Below, one piece after another: positions 53,786 through 64,000 of a stretch of 64,000 nt of DNA. Source of the stretch: Vicugna vicugna (Eukaryota); NCBI GenBank assembly GCA_013265495.1, contig MU058718.1, positions 1,178,001-1,242,000 of the forward strand, read 5' to 3'. The notes under the pieces are model-generated. The model had not been told where the DNA came from. It worked only from the letters and a program-made list of their open reading frames with translations, and did no database searches. Position 1 is the stretch's first letter, and every line of letters starts with the position of its first letter. The translations under genes and the position numbers were made by a program.

Positions 53786-56700
53786 TAGAACTGATGCAGA
53801 ATTAGTCAGGAGAACCATTTAAGATAGACTAGCACAATTTCACAAACTAAATTAACTGGAAATAGAGTATTTAAAAATGTGGCCCCAGGTTGTATTGCAA
53901 GGGTCCCATTTCCCTATGCTTTCAGCACTTAGTGACAGAACAAATAAACGGGTCAAAACTGCAGTGGTCACCAATGAAGAAAAGTGGCTTGTTTTAGGAA
54001 AAATTTTGGATTTCTCTAATATTTTTGGAAAAAAAAACTGGGAATTTTGAAAAATAAATTCAAGGTGTGCAACATTTCATCAATCCTAGAAAAAGGATTT
54101 AGAATATTTTCTCAGTAAGAAGGCCATTTGAAATTACCATTCATGAATCACCTTACTTAAGGTATTAACTGAAACAAATTCCAGTTGTCTCTGCTTTTTC
54201 CCTGTTTTCAAAATATTCTCTAAAAACCTTGAAGAGAAATATAAATGCTGCTCTATTGTTCAGAACAAACTATTGGGAAAATACCAGAGGATTCACTGCT
54301 ATAGAAATGTTTACTTCAAAAATGCGAAATTTGAGGAAGAGAAGATGGAACAGTGATTTGCTGAGTTATGTTACTAATGAGAATTTCTGAAGTCCATTTT
54401 TCAGTAGGTATCACATCTCTGAAGAAAATCTCATTAACCTCTTGAATTTTTACAACTTAATTTCTAAAAATATTTAAAAAACAAGGCCCCCATCCTAAAT
54501 CCTTGAACCCCCTACCCAAGGTCCAAGAAGATTCTAGTTTTGCATAGTTTCATTGCCATTACTTTAGCAATATATTCTTCCAGTTTTGTTAACTAAAGGC
54601 CTGGCCAGCAGATGATTTTCTAAAGGATTCAAAGCACACAGAGTTTAAAACATTGAACGCTTTCTTTTACTCTTGCAATTGTTTTCCCTGTCCCTCTGTC
54701 ATCAGCAACTGACTCCATGCTACATGGAGCTGTCTATGATTCAGCTGAGAAAATGTATGACTCTGTTCATCTCAAGCCTCATGTTAATTTAATCCTTGTC
54801 ATTTGGTTTTCAAAGCAGTTTGTTACTGAGGTTAAGACCTAGGTGAAGAGCCCAAAGATACAGACATTATAGGGAGAAAGAGGGTCCAATTGAATTCAAT
54901 TTACCCTAGTCTTCTGTTGATAATTATGAAAAAAATAATCGAGTGCTCTTTTTCTAGGATAACAGGTACAGTTAAGGCTATACCAAATGTCCCTTGAATT
55001 CATGTAGGATTCCAAAGTAGAAAAAGGTGTATCCCTTGAGAACTTACTTAAAACTTTCTTTAACTGGTCAGTGAGAGCTGTATAACCCAAAGCATTAACT
55101 TCACCTCCAGAAAGTGCAGACTCCAGTATTTAATGTGAAATTGTAATATCTCATTCCAGTTGCTATTATTTCTAGTTTTTATTGAAATGAAATTTAAAAC
55201 ATTTTTATGAGATGGGAAATTTGCTTACAGCTTTTACTCTAAAACAACTGTTTGTTTTTTGTTCTTTGTTCATATATTTACAAAATTTCATAAAGCTGCT
55301 TTTGTGTTCTGTTTTTTTTATAACTTCAGATAAGTATTACAACCTTAACATAGCATGAGTCTCCAGTGATTAGTTTATGTAATGTTAATGTGGATCACCT
55401 ACCTTCATGGAAATAGCAGAGGTATACAACTAGTCAGTTTGTTCGTAATCTTAAGCAGCCTGATTATAATAGCAGAGGTGTGGGCATCACTTCCCAGTTT
55501 CATTAAGATTCTTACTGACTTCTTAAGGCTCGGCTTAAATGATGTGACTGTAGTACTAAACAGAATACTCCTTGTATGTTTTAAGTATCCTAAGAAGTGG
55601 GTTACCTGACATCTGGGGCTCAGACAATTTTATACTGTGGGACTTGTAGCCACCTGATTTGGTCATTTGGGGACTATATTCCTTCTCGTGCACCAGAGAA
55701 GGAGAGACGTGCTAAAGATCTCTGAAGCCACTGGCTGAGCAATTTTCTACTGGACTCAGTGTGTCCCTTATCTTCTTGCCCTGACTTCTCACACCAGGTT
55801 TCTTGGGACCTGACGGTGACGGGAAAAGGAGGCAGGATTATCTAAATACAGTAATTATCAAGTGGAAACCTATTTAGTTAGGTTACTTGGCTCAGAACCG
55901 ACCTTGACACTTGCAACCTCAGATTCCAGCTGGCTGGGGTTAAACGCAGATGTCTAGCTGCTGAGTGATTTCCACATGCTTCTTTTGTGTGCCTTAACTA
56001 GGACAGACAAAAGATGTTTTTCCAGCGGGACTCACTCCTTATGAGGCCTGACCCTCAACAGAGCAAACTAATCTCAGGTGATCTTGAGGTTTTAGGGCAC
56101 TAAACGGACTTTTAGAGCATGGAGAGGTAATTTGTTCAATAGTATCTGAAAAGAGTTTATTTACCTCCAGAAGATGAGTTTTCTTTACTCTCCTGAGTCC
56201 TTCACTTCCTCTGAGAGCAGACTTGTTATTTGCATAGCAAAGCATTCCATTTAGCTGGGAAGGAGAGGGTGGGCACCACTGAGAGGAAGAGTCACTTTTC
56301 CCACCATCTTTCAAGACTCAGGAGTGTGATAAGTGGGTCTGATCAACCTTTCCCTCCCCTAGACTCCAAAACTCCAGACTATTTTGCTCATTATCTACCT
56401 TGAGATCAACCAGCTTTTCCGGATGGAAGAGCTGTAGGATTTAGCACACAGCTGCTGAGAGCACAGTCCTGCCAGCACTGTTTGGCCAGTTAGTGGAGAC
56501 TTGCAGGTGAAAAGTCCAGGAAAACAGACCCGCCAACGTCCCTCCTTGTCTTCTTTACAGACATTGCATTTTACTTTTAATAGAGACCCCAAGTACTCAG
56601 AGGAGATTTTTACTGCATTGACGACCCTCTGCATGGAATTATACCATTTCAACTTCGTATTATGTTTGTCACTGGCTCTCCTGCTTGCTCTACCCCAAAC

Positions 56701-58133
56701 TCAGCTATGCATTTAAACATGGTCTCCAAGGCCCTACCCCTGTGTAGGTTATTGTTTATTTAATTGTCACTTAGCAATTCTCCAGGACGAGCTCCTAATT
56801 TATTTAACCAAATATCCCCACCTTAGCGAGACCCACCACCGTAAATAAAGGAGACTTTTTAGCATTGTAGAAGACTGAACACTCAGAGTCTCATTAGCAT
56901 GAGGTCTGCTGTGCTTCTTTTAATGTGTCTGTTATTTCCAAATTGGGAGATCAGTCACAGGGATCTGAAGGGAGAAACCAGGCCTTTAATAAGCTCTGTC
57001 AAATGGGGCAATTACAAAATTCTGAGAGATTTTCTGCAAGAAGCCAAAGTGTGATTTTGAGTTGAAACTGTTAAATTTTGAGCATTTGTGGGAGAACCTC
57101 AATCTAGCCGTATCTCCCTGCGATCAATCATGTATGATGATGAGTCACCATGACTTTAAGTAAATTTAGGGAAATGTTGGAGGAAGAAAATGCCAAACAG
57201 GACAAAAGGATCTGTGGTCTCTTCCTTAGTGTTTCATCCATTGACAATGTTTTTAGGCTTCTCTAAGAGAAGTGTGACTCTAGGGAGGGAGTGTGATGGG
57301 GAGGGGAGAGTCAGGAGAAGACTTCTATCTTCCCCAGAATCATTTACAACGAAATTGTATTCAGGTTGTATGCACATAGTTAAAAATGGTACCCAGAGTT
57401 TTAAACAGAAAAGTATCTACTGAGATAAACATGAGTTTATAAAGAATTGATTGCATCCCTGTGTCTAGACTAAAATCTTACATGTATTATATGGCACTTA
57501 AAAGACATGCAGATGGTCAATGGATGGAAAATATTCCCAGTTTTAAAGTAATAATAGACTAGCCTAAGCAGATAAAAAAGTTTTATAAAATGACACTTGT
57601 AAGAAGCCTTTATTATTAGGTTATTAATAGAAAAAGAGGTCAGTGAAATAAACAGCTCAGAAACAGTTTTAAAGTATTGTTAGAGCTTAACACCTGACAA
57701 ACCAGAAGCAATATAGGAGGAGAAGGTACAGGAATTACTAAGAAATGCTGCTTGGTTAGATGGATAGCATGCAAATGTGATTGGATGTAGACGTATACAC
57801 CCAACTTCAGAAATGTCTGAACATATTAAAGAGATAACCATAACTGAATTCTAAGTACAGGAAAACTGAATTACTTATTATCCAGCCTATTGAAGAAATA
57901 CCCATTCAGACTCCGTAAGAAATTGAGGGTACTATTTCAAGGCAAAGAAACGGGGTTTGATGAGTAGAAATTTTAAAAAATTTAGAACAAAATGTAACAA
58001 AATATAAAAGGCAAAACAATAGAGTATGGAATAAGACATACTTAATATGTACTATGAAATATGTAAATTATGGCTATAATCCGAGGTCCAGGGGAAGATT
58101 AATAGTCAATAATAGGGAAAAGATGCCTTAGAC

Positions 58134-58443
58134 CAGAGATGGGCAAACTTTTTCTGCAAAGGGCCAGACAGTAAGTATCTTAGCCTTTGTGGATCGTAGT
58201 CTCTTGTGCAACTGCTCACCCCTCCAGTGTTGCACAACCCCAGAGAGAAGAGTGAACTGCATGTAGGATGCGTCCCAACAACTGTACTTATGGACACAAA
58301 TTTGAATTTCATGACTGTCACATGTTGTGAAATTTTCTGATTTTTAAAGCCTATTTTAAAATGTGAAGACTATTCTTAGTTTGAGGGGACTGTGCAGAAG
58401 CAGGCGGCAGGCTTTGGCCGAAAAGCAGATTATCCAGCCCCTG
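58134..58443. mobile_element. MER58B-like hAT DNA transposon
   Basis: Termini CAGAGATGGGCAAAC ... ATTATCCAGCCCCTG with internal 'aaagggccagacagtaagtatcttagcctttgtgg'. Confidence 0.8.
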
Positions 58444-58689
58444 CTTTTGGCCACTGCATTGGCCCAAACATTTTCCTCGAAACAATAGTCTCAAGAGCGC
58501 TTTTCTGAAAAAACAAAGCCATGACCAAGTACATTTGGGCAAGTACATTTGGGGACCTCTGGGACCTGTATTTTTCTCTTGGAAGTTTACAATGAATACT
58601 CACATTTCAAAGGCTTTGAGAGGCCACACCAGGGAGAAACCCGCTCAACCTTGCTCTACCCAGGGATGCATCAACTTAGTACCATAACA

Positions 58690-59145
58690 CGTACGCCCTT
58701 GTGTCCACAGATCTTCAACCCTACCTGGTCTCTTGCATGATTCGGCCCTTGCCTAGCTCTCTGAGGACACTTCAGGCCTCTTTTCCCTTGTCCCCTGGAT
58801 TCCGGCCACGCGGGCCTCCTTCCTGGGGTACCAGCACCTGTGCTCCTTCCTGCCTCAGTGTTCTTCTGGCGGTTGTCCCCCTCCTGCCTGAGAAGTTCTG
58901 CAAGAGCGCCGCAAGGCTGGCCTCCTTGTGGTTCAGTTCTCAGCTCAGACGCCTCCTTAGTAAGGTCTTCTGATGAGCTACTTAGAAAGGGCTCCCTGCT
59001 TCCAGCTTCCTCAGCCATGGGATTCAGTCTGTGTTCACTGGCTATCATCTGAAGTTCTCTCTGTCTCTGCATGCGGATCATCTCACTGCAGTGAGAGCTC
59101 CGGGAGAGTGGTTACCTTGCCCCTCTTGTTTGCATTAGATCATTC
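58690..59145 (+). mobile_element. L2 fragment
   Basis: 'cctccttgtggttcagttctcagctcagacgcctcct..cttctgat' typical of the L2 3' region. Confidence 0.55.
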
Positions 59146-59206
59146 TGTCCCTAGAAGGAGGGTCTACAGATGAAATGCATATGATATAATTTTATTCAGA
59201 CAGACT

Positions 59207-59238
59207 GAGAGAGAGAGAGAGAGAGAGAAGGAGAGGAA
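59207..59238. repeat. (GA)n microsatellite
   Basis: Run of GA dinucleotides. Confidence 0.85.
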
Positions 59239-62200
59239 GTATTTCACAGATCACATTCTACATTTTGGGAAGTACTATTTTGCACAAAAGGAAATACAAA
59301 TGGTAAACTATCACTTGAAAAAATGTAACATGTCACTTGCAGTTACAATGCATATTAATACAACTTTAACTTTACATCGTGACTCAAAGGTTATTCTAAA
59401 CAGCTCATGTAATTACACCCAGCAATTACTTATGGTATTCATTTAATTTTTTCTGGGGCATATAGGTAGCCTGCAATAAAATCTATAAAATTGTTTGGAC
59501 CTGACATTTTGGGGAACACATCTCATAGAAATAATCTGAAGAGGAATACAGTCATCTTTTTCAAATAAATTGATATCAACACTAGTTATCATAGTCAAAG
59601 ATTGGAAATAATCTTTCTATGCTTGTTAAAAACGACTATAGTGTAAGTTACACCAATACCTGGACTTGTTTATTAAGCAATATTTAATCAAAAGAGCAGA
59701 ACACAAAATATGCCCTCCAATTACATTGTAAAGTGTGCACAGACGCACTAAATGTAGCTAGACAAGAAATTGCAATAAAGCAAGTTAAATTTCTTGTTAA
59801 CGGCAGTCTCATCTCTAAGTTTAAAAAGTTGATGAAAGAAAAAAGATTGGAGCTTGTCAGCACAGAGGAGGAAAACCAGTTCTGTACATGCTTTAATTTG
59901 TCTGAGGTCAAAGAGAGAAGACAAATATCCTGAATTTAGGGTGTTTAGCCTTGCAAGGTGAGCCTGTGGTCCCAAAGGCATTTCTTATCTAACTCACTTG
60001 TCCATCCTCCGAGTCCTTGAAGAAGCAGAACATTAGGATATACTATGAAGAATTTGCATTAAATAGAGTGCTTTGGAGTAAATTACATGGAAGACACTAG
60101 TTCTTACACCTTGAATTTATTGGCTTTGTTCTGTTGTCTTAAATGGTTAACAAACACTTGCTGTTTAAAACTTTCAAAAGCAAAAACTTTCCCATGCTTG
60201 GCCATGCTGTGGTTAGCTGAGGGCCAAGGGCCCCGCCTCCTATTTAGAGGATGCTCTGTGGTCCCAGTGCTGTCAGGAATGAAAGCCAAAGCACGCACTG
60301 AGTGTCCTGTAGACCAGGCTGCATGATCCACTGTCCAGAGATCCACTGGTGTGCAGGTGAGCTCCACGGATGAGCACTGGTCAGAGAACTGTTATGTAAT
60401 TATAGCATCCGGAGCGTCTGACGCGCCACCCAGCCCAGCCTAATAGTTTGCGCTGGGAAGTGGGCGTCATAAGGCTCATGAGAATTAATTAATGTTTATG
60501 AAGACTTGTCCAGATTCACAGGAGAAAAGCACTGTGTAAAAGGCAGTATGTTCGTGTGTTCTGGAAAATGATGTCTTTTTTTTTTTAACTGAAAGTTAAA
60601 GCTGATTGTACAGAAATGTGATTTCAAAAGTAACATTCATTTTAATTCTTTTGAAAGTTTTGGGCAAATTCTTTTCTCATCTCCTAAGCCATGCCTATTT
60701 GGAATATGGTGAATATTCTGCCAGCATGAAAACTGGAAGAACTGGGATTTGACTGGGCTTACTGTACGTAAAACATCATCATTCTTCTCATCAATAAATA
60801 AGTAGAATCAGTTGTCCAGTTCATATACGTCATACTACTTCTTTACGGCATGCAGATTAAGCAAATATAGTCTCTGTAAAATGTAGTAGTTTATAATTCA
60901 GGAACAATTTTTTTAACCAAAGTATAAAGAAACATAGTGACCAGAAATGTATATCTGAATTATTCACACATAATTTTCATCTTAGCTTAAAAAAACTAGA
61001 GCATGATGTAGAAAATGTTTTACATGTTATCAGTTGAAATTTGTTTATCATTTTAATGCAGCCAGCTAGCTAACCCTTGGTGTGCTTTGTTTTAAAGATT
61101 ATTTGAACACTGAAGGCAGAAAACCAGTATGGTTAAACTTGCAAAATTAAAATAAGTGGCATACAATATTTGTAATACTGCCTCACCTACATGGCATAGT
61201 GTATAGAAACTTCCATTTAGTAGATTGCTAACATGAGAATCAATTACCAACTGATACGTACTTTTACGGCTTATCAGCCTGTGTTCTAGGTGCTGTATGG
61301 AACAGAGGTTTAACATGATTCTTAGCTGTTGGGCAGCATTTCCAGGCTTCCAATGAACATTACTAGCCACCAAGTGGCATCATTCTATTTAATTTAGAAT
61401 TGTTTAATATTTGAGAATGATCCTTTGTTGTCATTAGGAGATGCTTAGAGTATCCTTAATATTACACTGTCATTTTCTTGTTTCAGCTGCTTAACTCAGC
61501 AGTTTGTTCCTAAGTGTTCCATTAGGCTGAACACATTTAGAAGCAGTCCTACAAAATAAGGAACCTACTCAGGCACTGGAGACCACAGCTGTCAAACATT
61601 TTTAGTGCTGACTTTTACTTTTGTTTACATTTGATTTGAATTACTTGATAGCTTTTTATATTTCTTTCTCAGGTATGCAAATTAGTCTCTTCTTTTAAAC
61701 TGCCTTTTCAATAGAAAACTCTGCCTAGTCTGTTAACCTAGGGAAATATGAAGACATTATAAGAATCTGTGTCATCCATTTACAAAGTGATCTGGAAAGA
61801 GGCCAAAAATACTTAGAAACTCATTTTATGACACAATTTCATCTTGAACATTAATATTTATAATTTTCAAAATGAAAGCTATCTTTCATTTTGAGCAGTA
61901 TCACGGGAATGCCTCCAAATGGGGGGCTAGGCCAGGTTACCAAGGAGGCCTACGAAGACAGTGTGCATGTGTGAGGGATGAGATCAGAACAGCCTGAGAA
62001 AGGAAAAGATCAAACCAGGAAGAGAAACTGCAATGTGTTTTGATCTGGTGGAGAAAGCTAATTTGTAGCAGAAATCAAAGCTATTTGTTTTTCATCTTAG
62101 ATTTTACACTTGGTCAAGTGTGAACTGGAAAGCAGAACAGATAATGTACATGATGAGAAGGCAGAGAACCAAACTGGTGTGGGGAAGAAATGAAGGCCTG

Positions 62201-62559
62201 GGAAATCTGCAGGGCTCAAATCTACGGGTTCTGACTATCAACACCTGCGGGTCAAAGAAGAACAGGGTGAAGTCAACACAAAGTGTGAAACAAACATCCC
62301 GAAGAACTCAGAGTTGACTGACTAGATACCTAAATAAAATAACAGATGTATTTTTAAAAAGAGAATTAATCAGCCTGCCATTTATACTTTAATATGTGGA
62401 AGTCCTCAAGGTTATCACACATTGTCTTAAATAAAAGCATTCATAGAGCCAGCAAAATCTGAACTAGACCTTAAAGGCTGAGAAATGGGTCCTTTCAGAA
62501 ATTCCTGACCTGCTATCCCCGACGTGGACCTTGAGGCAGTTTTCCACGAGTGTCCTTGG

Positions 62560-62900
62560 CTTGCATGGCTTTTCCATACAGATTTGTCTCCAGGTTCCTT
62601 AAGGGACCAGACTAATACTGAATTATTAGGGCAGTCATCTGTGACTGCGCCACAGAGGGAAAATCACCAATTTTGTAAACTGATACTTTGGCCTTGCCCC
62701 TGAGCGGACAATGCCATAACCAACTTGGCTAACTAGTCACAGACCTAAGTAGATGAGCTTGGTTGACTGAGGGGAAGCAATAAATTATGTTTGTATTGAC
62801 CTTAGTAAACCTTTTAATTCTTTCCCACATGATATAGTTCTCAACAAATTGGGAAAATATGGCCTAGAGTCTAGGTAATTGCACGCCTGCAGATCAATGG
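62560..62900 (+). mobile_element. CR1/L3 LINE reverse-transcriptase relic
   Basis: 62771-62878 translates GEAINYVCIDLSKPFNSFPHDIVLNKLGKYGLESR*, matching the CR1-type RT motif D-F-S-K-A-F-D-x-V-x-H-x-I-L-x-x-K-L-x-x-Y-G-L. An in-frame stop lies just upstream. Confidence 0.75.
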
Positions 62901-63532
62901 CCAAGGCCCGCAGCATCAGTTTTAGGCCTGTGGACTCCAGCAGTTTCACCATCATCAGTAGGGAGCGGTGAGACGCTTCAACTTGAGGCCCTTCCCTCCC
63001 CTGCGCCCCAGGAGGATGTTGATCTTGTGTTGCCTACAACCGTGGGAGGGAGGGGATGTGGCCTCTACCCCATTAGGGAGAAAACACGGCCCCAGGTGTG
63101 TCAGGGGTCAGGGCTGACATGAGGAGGCCTGAAGGTTATTGTTGCATTTCTTCTAGCAGCTGGTCTCTCGGAACAGAAAAAAGGACCCGATTTGCCTCCT
63201 CGCACCATTCACTTGGCTGCTGGTTGCCGACGACTTCCATTCAAGTGTCCTGGGATTTTTGTTTCTGCCTGTTCACTAATAAGTTGCTTCAATCTCTCTC
63301 TCTTTCTCTTAATTACAAAGGGCGATGCACGAAAACTTTAAATGGCTTCCAAGTTGGAAAGTCAACACAATCTGTAGAAAATTCACCCCTTCGTTCCCTC
63401 AATACATAACTGCTGAGTAACTACCCCCCTGCGTCACTAGGCTTGTCAGGGGGCCTACTGAGTAGGGTTCAGCCTTTGCTCTGGAGCAACTTCCAGCCTC
63501 TTTGATGATGCTGACGTGTATCTGTGTAATTT

Positions 63533-63913
63533 CTGTGTTAGTTTGCTGGAGCTGCCACAACAAACTACCGCAGACTGAGTGGCTCAAAGAACACAAGTTT
63601 ATTTTCTCACAGTTCTGGAATCTAGAAGTCCGAGATCAAGGTGTTGGCAGATTCGGTCTCTCCCGAGGCCTCTCTCCTTGGTTTGTAGATGGACACCTTC
63701 TCCCCGTGTCTGCACATCCCTGGTGTCTCTGTGTGTCAGAATATCCCCTTTCTATAGGGAGTCCAGTCAGACTGGATTAGGGCCCACCCCAATGGCCTTA
63801 TTTTAATTCAGTCACTTCCTTAAAGGCCCTATTGTCAAATACAGTTGCATTCTGAGGTACTGGGGGTTAGGGTTTCAACATATGAATTTTGAGGAACAAT
63901 TCAGCCCATGACA
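63533..63913 (-). mobile_element. MLT1A/B/C-like MaLR solo LTR
   Basis: 'tgtgttagtttgct..tttattttctcacagttctgga..gatcaaggtgttggcag..ttcaacatatgaatttt..ttcagcccatgaca'. Confidence 0.85.
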
Positions 63914-64000
63914 ATGACACGATGGTGAGATACGTGTTCACAGATGTAATAGAAATTTTATGTAAACTCAGATGATGCCTCGGGACTGGGGCAAACATCA

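Overview
Mammalian genomic window. It is probably camelid, judging from a short tRNA-derived SINE with TSDs at ~53.7 kb that resembles the Vic-1-type camelid SINE as I recall it. The only protein-coding gene I can support is BMP4 on the + strand. It has alternative non-coding first exons (~43.1-43.4 kb and ~45.4 kb), a second exon starting at 46417, and two coding exons (47682-48051 and 49005-49861) that give a 408-aa prepro-protein. The flanks are gene desert filled with old MIR, L2, L1, MaLR/MLT and hAT repeats, plus three CpG-rich blocks and several motif-dense candidate enhancers. The standout observation is an 80-bp copy of the start of BMP4 exon 3 (47675-47754) at 46542-46621. It is fused exactly at the exon 2/exon 3 splice junction and followed by the intact intron-2 donor, so the genome carries a piece of spliced BMP4 mRNA written back into its own locus. 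The copy differs from its source at only two bases, and both changes destroy internal ATGs. It is predicted to create a signal-peptide-encoding uORF whose stop codon overlaps the real BMP4 start codon. Repeat subfamily names, cross-species comparisons and enhancer calls come from recognition or memory, not from database searches, and repeat boundaries are approximate.
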